Below are positions 1 through 9,433 of a stretch of 50,385 bases of DNA, piece by piece. Within the stretch, counting starts at the first letter, position 1, and the number at the start of each line of letters is the position of its first letter. The notes under the pieces are model-generated. The model made no database searches, was not told the origin of the DNA, and saw nothing but the letters and a program-made list of their open reading frames with translations. The translations under genes were made by a program, and so were the position numbers. The DNA is from Myxococcota bacterium (GTDB lineage: Bacteria; Myxococcota_A; UBA9042; PHBI01; JAWLBL01): contig JAWLBL010000041.1 of assembly GCA_041687695.1 (NCBI GenBank), positions 1 to 50,385 on the forward strand, given 5' to 3'.

Positions 1-108
1 CTCCGGCTTGCCGGAGCCCCGGCCCCGGCGGCTTGCCGCCGGGATCTGGCCGCCAAACCGGCGCAGCAAGCTGCGCCGGATGGGGGCTCCACCAAGGTGG
101 AGCACTCC
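1..108. repeat. Cluster of four short GC-rich palindromes, REP/REPIN-like (truncated at window start)
   Basis: Perfect hairpins: 1-16 CTCCGGC-TT-GCCGGAG, 24-43 CCCGGCGGC-TT-GCCGCCGGG, 58-79 CCGGCGCAGC-AA-GCTGCGCCGG, 86-103 GCTCCACC-AA-GGTGGAGC followed by ACTCC (GGAGT on the minus strand). Confidence 0.65.
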
Positions 109-340
109 GGTTGGCCCTTCTGCGACACCCTCTGGAAGCCGGCGGTCCCAGTCACGGGGTCAAAACGGACATCCTCTGTGCGGGCGCCAGAGTCGGCCGG
201 GGGCGGTGGGAGCGTTGAAGGGAGGTGACGCGGATTGGGGGCTTCACGGTGCGGCGCGACTTGGTTACATTCCCGCGCGATCCGCGCGCGACGCGCAGAC
301 GATGACCCCGCGCCGGGTGCGCGGGCGGCAGGAGTGACCG

Positions 341-736
341 ATGGGCGCCTGGGGACCGAAGCCGTTCGAGAACGACGCCGCGAGCGAGTTCCTGGTCGAC
401 CTCGAGGAGGCCGAGGACCTCACCGAGGTCGAGGAGGCGCTCGAGGCGGTGGCCGAGGCCGAGGAGGACGCGCTGGAGCTGGACGACTGCCGCGTGGCCA
501 TCGCGGCGGCGGAGATCGTGGCGGGGCTGAAGAAGAAGCCGGCCGAGGACCTGCCCGAGGAGGCGCTGACCTGGATCAGCGAGCGCGAGGCGCCGCCGCG
601 GCGGCTGGTGACGCTGGCGCGGGCGGCGGTGACGGCGGTCAAGGTCTCGAGCGAGCTGCGCGACGAGTGGCGCGAGCAGGAGGCCTTCGAGCAGTGGATG
701 GAGGCCATCGAGGATCTGGAGGACCGGCTGGCCTGA
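341..736 (+). CDS. DUF4259 family acidic helical protein
   Basis: N-terminus MGAWGxxxFENDxAxxF, internal AIAAAEIVA and C-terminal SELRDEW...W...L..RL match this family; GGAG upstream of the ATG. Confidence 0.8.
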   Translation: MGAWGPKPFENDAASEFLVDLEEAEDLTEVEEALEAVAEAEEDALELDDCRVAIAAAEIVAGLKKKPAEDLPEEALTWISEREAPPRRLVTLARAAVTAVKVSSELRDEWREQEAFEQWMEAIEDLEDRLA

Positions 737-754
737 GCCGGGCCCGGCAGGTTC

Positions 755-2695
755 CTAGGGCGGCGGCGCGAGCGGGCGGCGGGCGAAGGCCTGGATGCGC
801 GTGGCGAGCTCGGCGGCGTCGCCCTGGGCGCCGTATCGCCAGGCCGCGTAGTCGGTGAGCAGGGCGGCGGCCGTTGGCGCGTCGGCGCCGAGGCCGGGGT
901 GGACGGCGGCGCGGGCGGCCAGGGCCTCGAGCGATTCGTGGGGGGCGCGGGCCAGTCCCGCGCCGGCCAGCGCGTCGAGCAGCGTGGTCAGGCAGGGCGG
1001 CGGCGGTGAGTAGGCGCCCGGCTGGCGGGCGGCGGGCCCGCGGCGGCGCGTGCGGCCGCGCAGGCGCAGCAGGAGCAGGACGAGCAGCAGCGGGCCGGCG
1101 CCCAGCGCGACCACGGCCAGCGGGTCTTGCGCCGTCAGCAGCTCGAGGCCGCGGCGCCAGCGGTCGCTGAGCAGATCGAAGGCGCCCGCCCACCACGAGG
1201 TGGTCAGCGAGCCGGCCTCGGCCAGGCCGGAGGGCGGGGTCGGCTCGACGGTGACCCAGCCGCGCTCGGGCACCCAGGCCTCGACCCAGGCGTGGGCGTC
1301 GCGCTCGCGGACCAGCCAGTAGTCGCCGACCGGGTTGCGCTCGGTGACGCGGTAGCCGCCGACGACGCGGGCCGGGATGCCCAGGGCGCGGGCGAGCAGG
1401 GCCATGGCCGAGGCGAAGTACTCGCAGTGGCCGCGGCGGTCCTCGAGCAGGAAGTGCATGACCGGGTCGGTGGCGCGCTGGCCGGCCTCGCGGCCGTCTG
1501 GATGGCGCGAGCGCAGGGAGTAGGTGAAGTCGGTGTGGAAGCGGCGGACCAGGGCGGCCAGGCGCGCCTCGCGGGTGTCGGCGCCTTGGGTCCAGTCGAA
1601 GGCGAGGGCGGTCAGGACGGGGCGCAGCTCGCGCGGGATCTCGGTGTCGACGTCGCTGGGCGGGTCGACCAGGGCGCGGTCGCGCGGGCCGGGGACGAAG
1701 CGGGCGCGGGTGAGGTCGTCGCCGGGGCCGACGGTGACCAGGCCCCAGTTGTCGGCGCGCGGGGTGGCGCCGGGGACGGCGATGGCGCGGGCGTCGAGGG
1801 GCAGGAAGACGCGGCGGTCGAGGTCTTTGGCGGGGCGCAGCTCGACGACGGGGTCGGTGGGGGCCGGGGGGGCGGCGGCGGGCAGGGGGACCGAGCGCGT
1901 GCGGGCGCGGGTCAGCCAGCGGCCCTTGAAGTAGAGATCGTAGGCGGCGCCGCGCAGGTAGTCGGGGCGGGGGCCGGTGACGCGTAGGACCGGGGCGTCG
2001 CTGAGCAGGAGATCGGTCAGGCCGCCGAGCTGGAGGCTGGTGGAGAAGCCCGAGGCGTTGGCGCGGGCGTCGTAGCCGAGCTTGCGGATGGCCCAGTCGT
2101 GGGCGGGCGGCAGGGCGAGGGCGGCCGACAGGGCGATGCCGGCGGACAGGGTGAGGCCCAGGGCGACGCCGACGCGGTGGCGCAGGGCGAGGGCGCGCCA
2201 GCGGGGGCGGCCGGGGTCGGAGGCGCTGAGGGCGGTGAGGGCTATGACGAGGTAGGCGCCCATGAGGGCCGGGTAGGCGGGGCCGAGGCGGGCGCCGCCG
2301 GAGGCGAGGACGGCGAGGAGGCCGAGGCCGAGGGTGCCGGCGTGGCCGCCGTGGGGGCGGGCGAGGAAGGGGCGGGGCAGGGCGAGGACCAGGGCCACGG
2401 CGGCGAGGCCGGCCCAGAAGGGGCCGAGCTGGGTGGGGCCGGCGGCGGAGGCGGGGGTGAGGGCCCAGGCGGCGGGGAGGGCGACCAGGGCGAGGGCGGC
2501 CTGGGGGAGGGGGCCGAGGGCCAGGCCGGCGTGGGGGGCGGCGCCGCGGCGGCCGGTGAGGGCGAGGGCGGCGGCGGCGAGGAGGAGCAGGGTGGCGAGG
2601 CTGGCGCCGAGGAGGGGCTGGTCGGCGGCGAGGCCGTAGAGGAAGGCCGCGCACGCGAGGGCGGCGGCCTGGAGGAGGCGGGCGCCGGCGGTCAC
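755..2695 (-). CDS. Membrane-anchored transglutaminase-like protein (TgpA/DUF3488 type)
   Basis: N-terminal TM segments; catalytic motifs GHCEYFASAM, AHAWVE, WVTVEPTP. GTG start at 2695 overlaps the DUF58 stop (GTGA); the 5' part of the listed 755..3769 ORF is shadow sequence. Confidence 0.88.
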   Translation of the reverse strand: MTAGARLLQAAALACAAFLYGLAADQPLLGASLATLLLLAAAALALTGRRGAAPHAGLALGPLPQAALALVALPAAWALTPASAAGPTQLGPFWAGLAAVALVLALPRPFLARPHGGHAGTLGLGLLAVLASGGARLGPAYPALMGAYLVIALTALSASDPGRPRWRALALRHRVGVALGLTLSAGIALSAALALPPAHDWAIRKLGYDARANASGFSTSLQLGGLTDLLLSDAPVLRVTGPRPDYLRGAAYDLYFKGRWLTRARTRSVPLPAAAPPAPTDPVVELRPAKDLDRRVFLPLDARAIAVPGATPRADNWGLVTVGPGDDLTRARFVPGPRDRALVDPPSDVDTEIPRELRPVLTALAFDWTQGADTREARLAALVRRFHTDFTYSLRSRHPDGREAGQRATDPVMHFLLEDRRGHCEYFASAMALLARALGIPARVVGGYRVTERNPVGDYWLVRERDAHAWVEAWVPERGWVTVEPTPPSGLAEAGSLTTSWWAGAFDLLSDRWRRGLELLTAQDPLAVVALGAGPLLLVLLLLRLRGRTRRRGPAARQPGAYSPPPPCLTTLLDALAGAGLARAPHESLEALAARAAVHPGLGADAPTAAALLTDYAAWRYGAQGDAAELATRIQAFARRPLAPPP

Positions 2696-3975
2696 AGGTG
2701 CAGCTCGCGGTCTTCGGCGAGGGCGCGCTGGAGGTCGGTGAGCGGCAGGGAGGTGAGGGCGTCGGTGGCGGGGGCGGGGTGGCGCGCGGCGAGGTGGACG
2801 ACGCGGCAGGGGGTGCCGGCGGCGGTGACGCCGGCCTCGAAGCGGCGGCGGGCGTCGTCGCGGCGGGGGGTGACGAAGACCAGGCAGGACAGGGTGGGCA
2901 GGTGGGGCTCGAGGTCGCGGAGCAGGCGCGTCGGGTCGAGCGGGGGGCCGCGCTGGACGCAGGCGAGCAGATCGAGGGCCTGGTCGAGGGTGCCGAGGCT
3001 GCGGCCGAGGGGGAGGCGGTGGAGCTGGTCGCCGAGGACGAGCAGATCGACCAGGGCGTCGTCGCGGATGAGGTGGGCGACGAGGCCGGCGGTGAGGGAG
3101 ACGGCGGCCTCGAAGGCGTCCTCGGAGGCGGCGGCGCGGTCGGTGTCGAGGACGACGCCGACGCGGGTGAAGTACTCCTGGCGGTACTCGCGGACGACGG
3201 GGGCGCCGCGGCGGGCCCACAGGCGGGCGTGGAGGTCGCGGACGGGGTCGCCGGGGCGGTAGGGGCGGACGCCGAGGAGCTCCATGGACTCGCCGGTGCG
3301 GGAGGCGAGGGCGACGCCGCCGGGCTGGTAGCGGGCGGCGGTGGGCAGGCGCAGCGAGGCGACGCGGGCGAGGCGGGGGAGGACCAGGAAGCGGACGTCG
3401 CCGCTGCGGGTGGCGGGGCCCTGGGTGAGGCCGAGGGGGACCAGGGCCTGGGCGGTGAAGCGGTCGAGGTCGTGGGGGCCGCGGGCGGAGAAGCGGGCGC
3501 GGAGGGGGGCGCGGGCGGTCTGGCCGGGGGCGAGGCGGGGGACGGCGGGGGGCGGGGCGGTCCAGCGGCCGTCCCAGGGCAGCAGGGGGCCGCGGACGCG
3601 GACGGCCTGGTGCTCGCGGGGGCCGGTGTTGGTGAGGACGGCGGTGAGGGGGACGTCCTCGCCGGCGGTGACGCGGGGCGGGACCTCGATGGTCAGGGCG
3701 ACGTCGGGCATGCGGAAGGCGCCGCGGAGGAGGACCGAGGCGATGATGAGGCCGGCGAGGCCGCTCCACAGGAGGTAGAGCTGGTTGGCGTGGACGTTGA
3801 CGCCGACGGCGCCGGAGACGAGCCAGAGGAGGAAGACGGCGCGGCCCTCCTCGCTGAGGGCCTCGTAGAGGTGGACGAGGGGGCGGGCGAGGCGGCCGGC
3901 CGGGCTGAGGCGGAGGCGGTCGCGGCCGCGGCGGTCGGCCGGGATGAGGATGTGGTTGAGGCGGGCGAGGTTCAT
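2692..3975 (-). CDS. DUF58 domain protein
   Basis: GVRPYRPGDPVRDLHARLWAR and FEAAVS motifs; two N-terminal TMs; ATG at 3975 overlaps the MoxR stop (ATGA). Confidence 0.88.
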   Translation of the reverse strand: MNLARLNHILIPADRRGRDRLRLSPAGRLARPLVHLYEALSEEGRAVFLLWLVSGAVGVNVHANQLYLLWSGLAGLIIASVLLRGAFRMPDVALTIEVPPRVTAGEDVPLTAVLTNTGPREHQAVRVRGPLLPWDGRWTAPPPAVPRLAPGQTARAPLRARFSARGPHDLDRFTAQALVPLGLTQGPATRSGDVRFLVLPRLARVASLRLPTAARYQPGGVALASRTGESMELLGVRPYRPGDPVRDLHARLWARRGAPVVREYRQEYFTRVGVVLDTDRAAASEDAFEAAVSLTAGLVAHLIRDDALVDLLVLGDQLHRLPLGRSLGTLDQALDLLACVQRGPPLDPTRLLRDLEPHLPTLSCLVFVTPRRDDARRRFEAGVTAAGTPCRVVHLAARHPAPATDALTSLPLTDLQRALAEDRELHL

Positions 3976-4928
3976 GTGGGGACGGGGGTGGCCTCGAGGG
4001 CGGCGGCGACGGCGTCGCGGGGGGCGCGGCCGGCGTAGCGGGCCTGGGGGGTCGGCATGAGGCGGTGGCCCAGGACGGGCAGGGCGACGGCGTGGACGTC
4101 GGCGGGGCCGACCCAGGCGCGGCCGTGGAGGGTGGCGCGGGCCTGGGCGGCGCGGAAGAGGGCGAGGGCGCCGCGGGGGCTGACGCCGAGGGCGAGGTCG
4201 GGGTGGGCGCGGGTGGCGCGGGCGAGGCGGACGATGTAGCGGCCGACGTCGGGGCTGACGGTGGCGCTGCGGACGGCGGCCTGGAGGGCGAGCAGGGACG
4301 GGGCGTCGAGGACGGGCTGGACGTGGGCGAGCGGGTCGTCGGTCTGGCGGGCGAAGAGGACCTCGAGCTCGTCGTCCTCGGCGGGGTAGCCGAGCTCGAC
4401 GCGCAGGAGGAAGCGGTCGAGCTGGGCCTCGGGGAGCGGGTAGGTGCCCTGGTAGTCGACGGGGTTCTGGGTGGCCAGGACGAAGAAGGGCACGGGCAGC
4501 GGGCGGGTGGCGCCGTCGGTGGTGACCTGGCCCTCGTTCATGGCCTCGAGCAGGGCCGACTGGGTGCGGGGGGAGGCGCGGTTGATCTCGTCGGCCAGCA
4601 GGACGTGCGAGAAGATGGGTCCGGGCTGGAAGCGGAGCGAGCCGCGCTGCGGGTCGAGGACGCTGGCGCCCAGGATGTCGGCGGGCAGCAGATCGGGGGT
4701 GAACTGGACGCGGGCGAGATCGAGGCCCAGGGCCCGGGCGAGCGCCTTGGCCAGGGTGGTCTTGCCGACGCCGGGGACGTCCTCGATGAGCACGTGCCCG
4801 CCGGCGAGCACCGCGACCAGCATCAGCTCGACGGCCTCGGGCTTGCCCCGGATGACGGCCTCGAGCGCCTCGCGGAGCCGTCCGAGCACCGCGTCCCGCC
4901 CCACCTCGCCTGCCTGCGCCTGCGTCAC
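3972..4928 (-). CDS. MoxR family AAA+ ATPase
   Basis: HVLIEDVPGVGKT Walker A, RVQFTPDLLPAD, LADEINRASPRTQSALLEAM, ATQNP, GTYPLPEAQLDRF; GGAGG upstream of the GTG. Confidence 0.95.
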   Translation of the reverse strand: MTQAQAGEVGRDAVLGRLREALEAVIRGKPEAVELMLVAVLAGGHVLIEDVPGVGKTTLAKALARALGLDLARVQFTPDLLPADILGASVLDPQRGSLRFQPGPIFSHVLLADEINRASPRTQSALLEAMNEGQVTTDGATRPLPVPFFVLATQNPVDYQGTYPLPEAQLDRFLLRVELGYPAEDDELEVLFARQTDDPLAHVQPVLDAPSLLALQAAVRSATVSPDVGRYIVRLARATRAHPDLALGVSPRGALALFRAAQARATLHGRAWVGPADVHAVALPVLGHRLMPTPQARYAGRAPRDAVAAALEATPVPT

Positions 4929-5018
4929 GCGCCCTCCTGCTGGCCGCGGCTCGTTCGTTCGGTCGCCGAACGGCCGGCCGCCGCCGCATCATCCCCGTTC
5001 GGGGCGGCCGTGAACAGG

Positions 5019-8000
5019 CTACGACCCGGTGGCCTCCAGGGGGCCCGCCGGGGACGACGCCGCCACCCGCAGAGAGCGCGCCTCGGCGCGGCGCTCGATG
5101 ACGTAGTACAGGCACGGCACGAGCAGCAGCGTGACCAGGGTCGAGCTGAGCAGCCCCCCGACGACCACGCGCGCCAGCGGGGCCTGCAGCTCGCTGCCCT
5201 CGCCGACTCCCATCGCCAGCGGGATCATCGCCAGCACGGTGGTCGAGGTCGTCATGATGATGGGCCGCAGGCGCCTTTGCGCCGCCTCGACCAGCGCGTC
5301 GCGCAGCCGCAGGCCGCGCTCGCGCCGCAGCAGGTTCACGTAGTCGACCAGCACGATGGCGTTGTTCACCACGATGCCGACCAACACGATGACCCCCAGG
5401 AACGAGTTGATGTTCAGCGACGTGTCGGTCACCAGCAGGCTGATGACCACGCCGATGAAGGCGAAGGGCACCGAGGCCATGACGACCAGCGGGTGCTTGA
5501 GCGACTCGAACTGGACGGCCATCACCATGAAGACCAGGAACACCGCCAGCAGCCCGCCGGTCGCCAGCCCGCCGAAGGTGTCCTGCTGCTCGGCGAACTC
5601 GCCGCCGATGTTCACCGAGAAGCCGTCGGGGACGGCGATGCCCTGCAGGGCCTCGCGCAGATCGGCGACCACGGCGTCGAGCGGCCGGTCGCCCAGGCCG
5701 CCGTTGACGCTGGTCACGCGCTCCTGGTTGACGCGCGCGATGGAGGCCGGCGCGGCGCGCCGCTCGATGAGCGCCACCGACCCCAGCGGCACCGTGCCGC
5801 CGCCCGGGGTCTGCACCGGCAGCTTCGCCAGCTGCTCGACGCGCTGGCGGTCCTGCTCGCGCAGCTGCACGCGCACGTCGAACTCGTCGCCGCCGTCGCG
5901 CAGCCGCGTCGCCACCCGCCCCAGCACGAAGGTCTCGAGCACGTCCGCGACCTGCGATCGCGTCAGCCCCACGTCCGCCGCCCGCCGCGCGTCGACCCGC
6001 ACCGAGCGCTCGTCGATGCCGTCGTCGCGCTCGACCTTGGCGTCGCTGACCCCCTCGACCGAGCGCATGACCCGCGCGACCTCCTGCGCCAGCCGGTCCG
6101 CCGTCGCGATGTCGTGGCCGCGGATCTCGACCGACAGCCGCTCGCCCGACCGCCCGCGCATCAGCCGCGTCAGGAAGTTCGACGTCCCCTGCCGCAGGCG
6201 GATCTGCACCCCCGGCATCCCGGCCAGCCCCTTGCGGACCTCGGCCATGATCTCGGTGATGGGCCGCTCGCGCTGCGCCACCGGGACCAGGTTGATCTCC
6301 ATCGAGCCCTGGTGCGAGCCGCCCGGCCGCCACCAGTTCTCGGGGCCCGCCGACGTCAGCATGTTCTTCAGCTCGTCGGGCCGGATGATCTCCTGGACCC
6401 GCCGCTCGACCTCCTTGATGACCTTGCGCGTCTCGCTCAGCGGCGTGCCGACCGCCAGCTCGGCGTCGATGTCGATCTGCCCCTCGTCGGTCTCGGGCAT
6501 CAGCTCGACGCCGACCATGGGCAATAGACGCGTGCTGATGGCCAGCAGCAGCGCGGCCGACCCGACGACCAGCCAGGGCGTCCGCAGGGCCCCCGACACG
6601 AAGCGACCGTAGGCGCGCTCGACGGCCAGCAGCGGGCGCTCGGCGGCGGCGGCGACGCGAGCCCGCCAGTGGCGGGGCGACAGGCGCGGTGAGGCCAGCA
6701 GGCGGGCCGAGACGGACGGCACCAGGGTGACCGCGACCGCCAGCGAGCACAGCAGCGAGAAGGCGACCACGGCCGCCATCTCCTTGAAGAACATGCCGGC
6801 GAACCCGGCGATGAAGACGACCGGGGCGAAGACGACGATGGTCGTCAGGGTGCCCGCCACGACGGCCGGGACCACCTCGCGCGCGCCCTCGACCGCGGCC
6901 TTCATCGCGGGCAGGCCCTGCTCGCGCTTGGCGTAGATGTTCTCGAGGATGACGATGGCGTTGTCGACCAGCATGCCGATGCCCAGCGCGAGGCCGCCGA
7001 ACGACACGACGTTCAGCGTGAACTCGGCGAAGTACATCAGGGCGAAGGTGGTGATGACGCTGATGGGGATGGCCAGCGCGATGACGAAGGTCGCGCGCAG
7101 GTTCCGCAGGAAGACCAGCAGCACCAGGATGGCCAGCGCGGCGCCGTACAGGGCGCTGGCCTGCACGTTGGCCACCGACGCCTCGATGAAGGTGGCCGAG
7201 TCCTCGAGCACGTTGAGACGGACGCGGCCGCCGTACTCGGCGTTGATGCGCTCGATCTCGCGCTCGACCCGCCGGACCACGTCCACCGTGTTGGCGCCCG
7301 ACTGCTTGGAGATGCGCATCACCAGGCCGGGGGCGCCGTCGACCCACTGCTCGCTGCGGATCTCCTGGAAGGAGTCGCGCACCGCGCCCAGCTCGCGCAC
7401 GTACACCGGCCGGCCCTCGCGCTGCGCGACCAGCACGTCCTCGATCTCGCGCGCGGACTTCCACTCGCCGACCGCGCGCACCAGCACCTCGAGCCCCGTG
7501 TCCAGCATGTCGCCGGCCGACACGTTCCGGTTGTCGCGCGCCAGGGCCTGCACGACCTCGTCGGGCGAGATGTTAAGCGCCGCCAGCTTCGCCGTCTCGA
7601 GCTCGACCCGGATCTCGCGCACGCGCCCGCCCAGCACGCCCACCGAGGCCACGCCCTCGAGCCGCTCGAGGCGTCGCCCCAGCGTGTCCTCGGCCAGGTA
7701 CCTGAGGCGCCGCGGGTCGCCGCCGCCGCTGACGCCGACCTGCGCCACCGGGAACGACGAGATGTCGAACTTGTAGACCACCGGCCGGTCGGCGTCGTCG
7801 GGCAGCCGGTTGCCCAGCCGGTCCAGGAAGGCGCGCACGTCGTTGACGGCCGTCTCGAGGTTGGTGCCCCAGCCGAACTGCAGCTGGATGCGGCTGATGC
7901 CCTCGGCCGACTGCGAGTCGACGGCCGTCAGCCCGTCGACCGTCGAGACCGTCTGCTCGATGGGCCGCGTGATGAGCGTCTCCATCTCCTCGGGGCCGAC

Positions 8001-8159
8001 GCCGGGGTACTGCGTCACGATCGAGATGCGCGGGAAGTCGACGCTGGGCAGCAGATCCACCGACAGCAGCCGCATCGCCGCGAGGCCGATGACGACCACC
8101 GACAGGTAGATCATCGCCGTGCCGATGGGCCGCTTGACGGCGGTCGACGTCAGGCTCAC
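5019..8159 (-). CDS. RND efflux permease (AcrB/AcrD/AcrF family)
   Basis: KRPI N-terminus, GMLVDNAIVILEN, GIVVNNAIVLVD, RLRPIIMT; about 1046 aa; GTG at 8159 overlaps the adaptor stop. Confidence 0.95.
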   Translation of the reverse strand: MSLTSTAVKRPIGTAMIYLSVVVIGLAAMRLLSVDLLPSVDFPRISIVTQYPGVGPEEMETLITRPIEQTVSTVDGLTAVDSQSAEGISRIQLQFGWGTNLETAVNDVRAFLDRLGNRLPDDADRPVVYKFDISSFPVAQVGVSGGGDPRRLRYLAEDTLGRRLERLEGVASVGVLGGRVREIRVELETAKLAALNISPDEVVQALARDNRNVSAGDMLDTGLEVLVRAVGEWKSAREIEDVLVAQREGRPVYVRELGAVRDSFQEIRSEQWVDGAPGLVMRISKQSGANTVDVVRRVEREIERINAEYGGRVRLNVLEDSATFIEASVANVQASALYGAALAILVLLVFLRNLRATFVIALAIPISVITTFALMYFAEFTLNVVSFGGLALGIGMLVDNAIVILENIYAKREQGLPAMKAAVEGAREVVPAVVAGTLTTIVVFAPVVFIAGFAGMFFKEMAAVVAFSLLCSLAVAVTLVPSVSARLLASPRLSPRHWRARVAAAAERPLLAVERAYGRFVSGALRTPWLVVGSAALLLAISTRLLPMVGVELMPETDEGQIDIDAELAVGTPLSETRKVIKEVERRVQEIIRPDELKNMLTSAGPENWWRPGGSHQGSMEINLVPVAQRERPITEIMAEVRKGLAGMPGVQIRLRQGTSNFLTRLMRGRSGERLSVEIRGHDIATADRLAQEVARVMRSVEGVSDAKVERDDGIDERSVRVDARRAADVGLTRSQVADVLETFVLGRVATRLRDGGDEFDVRVQLREQDRQRVEQLAKLPVQTPGGGTVPLGSVALIERRAAPASIARVNQERVTSVNGGLGDRPLDAVVADLREALQGIAVPDGFSVNIGGEFAEQQDTFGGLATGGLLAVFLVFMVMAVQFESLKHPLVVMASVPFAFIGVVISLLVTDTSLNINSFLGVIVLVGIVVNNAIVLVDYVNLLRRERGLRLRDALVEAAQRRLRPIIMTTSTTVLAMIPLAMGVGEGSELQAPLARVVVGGLLSSTLVTLLLVPCLYYVIERRAEARSLRVAASSPAGPLEATGS

Positions 8160-9433
8160 TCGCCGCCTCCGGCCTCGACCACGCGGATGAGCGATCCGTC
8201 CGACAGCGTCGCGTGGCCGGTCGTGACCACCCGGTCGCCCGCCGCGACGCCCTCGACCGCGACCCGGTCGCCCTCGCGGCTGATGACGCGCACCTTCGTC
8301 AGCGCGGCCTTGTCGCCCAGCGCTCGGAACACGCCCTTGAACTCGGCGCCGGTCTCGTCGAGGCGCTCGACGATGGCCTCGCCGGGCACCAGCAGCACGT
8401 CCTCGTGCCGCTCTTGCGTCAGCTCGACCTCGACGAACATCCCGGGCAGCCACCCGCTCGGCCGCGCGTCGCCGCCCTCGGACAGCGTCCCCTCGACCAG
8501 CACCACGCGCCGCGTCCGGTCGACCTCGCTGGCGATGCCGCTGACCACGCCGCGCACGCGCTGCCCGGGGCGCGACGGCAGCCACGCCTGGAACTCGGCC
8601 CCCTCGGACAGGCGCGGCACGTCGTCCTCGGGCACCTCGAAGCGCACCCGCAGCGTCTCGTCGGCGACCAGGCGCACCAGCCCCGTCCCCGCCTGCACGT
8701 GCGTCCCCGGGTCGCGCAGGCGGTCGACCACCCGACCGCTGAACGGCGCCACCACCTGACAGTCCGCGATGCGCTCCGTCAGCAGCGTCACCCGCGCCTT
8801 CGCCTCCTCGCGCTGGGCCCCGGCCAGCTGCAGGTCCGCCTCGAGCCCGCTGACCCGCGCCTCGAGCGTCTCGACCTGCTGCGCGCTCACCAGCTCGTCG
8901 TCCACCAGCTTGCGCGTGCGCTCGAGCTCCTTTCTGGCCGCCGCCAGCTGCGAGACCGCCCGCGTCCGCATCGCCGCGGCCGCGCGCTCCTGGGCCCGCG
9001 CCTCGCCCAGCTGGCGCTGCAGCTCCTTGTCGTCGACCCGCGCGATGACCGCCCCCGCCTGCACCCGGTCGCCCAGGCGCACCGACAGCTCGAGCAGCCG
9101 TCCGGCCACGTCGGCGCCCACGTCGGCCGCGTCCGCGTCCAGCTCGCCCACGTAGCTCGCCCGCACGGCGATGGTCCCGCGCTGCACGTCGCCGACGTAG
9201 ACCGCGACCGCCTTGGGCCCGGCCGCCGGCTTGGCCTTCGCCGCCGCGGCGTCGCCCGCCGGCTCGTACACGAAGGCCAGCCCGGCCCCGGCCGCCAGCA
9301 GCAGGAACAGCAGCCAGCGGACCCAGGGGAAGCCGCCCGCCGCCGCGTCCTCGCGGGGCGCGGTGGTCGGCTCGGGGGCCGCCGGCTCGGGCGCCGGGAT
9401 CACGCCGTCGGAGGGCACCGACGCCTTGCTCAT
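8156..9433 (-). CDS. RND periplasmic adaptor (membrane fusion protein)
   Basis: N-terminal TM, lipoyl half-motifs (VRLGDRVQAG, APFSGRV), coiled hairpin, LPGMFV, GDRVVTTG; lies between the TolC and RND genes. Confidence 0.93.
   Translation of the reverse strand: MSKASVPSDGVIPAPEPAAPEPTTAPREDAAAGGFPWVRWLLFLLLAAGAGLAFVYEPAGDAAAAKAKPAAGPKAVAVYVGDVQRGTIAVRASYVGELDADAADVGADVAGRLLELSVRLGDRVQAGAVIARVDDKELQRQLGEARAQERAAAAMRTRAVSQLAAARKELERTRKLVDDELVSAQQVETLEARVSGLEADLQLAGAQREEAKARVTLLTERIADCQVVAPFSGRVVDRLRDPGTHVQAGTGLVRLVADETLRVRFEVPEDDVPRLSEGAEFQAWLPSRPGQRVRGVVSGIASEVDRTRRVVLVEGTLSEGGDARPSGWLPGMFVEVELTQERHEDVLLVPGEAIVERLDETGAEFKGVFRALGDKAALTKVRVISREGDRVAVEGVAAGDRVVTTGHATLSDGSLIRVVEAGGGE

Noticed and set aside
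755..4928. MoxR-DUF58-transglutaminase operon as a novel system
   Set aside because: This triad is a widespread, already described gene arrangement.
2692..7464. 1590-aa ORF, and similarly the extended ORFs 755-3769, 9430-11571, 24546-26600 and 25949-28858 that look like giant fusions
   Set aside because: Their N-terminal parts are Arg/Gly/Pro-rich off-frame read-through of neighbouring genes caused by stop-codon scarcity at high GC. The real starts are internal and supported by RBS or stop/start overlaps.
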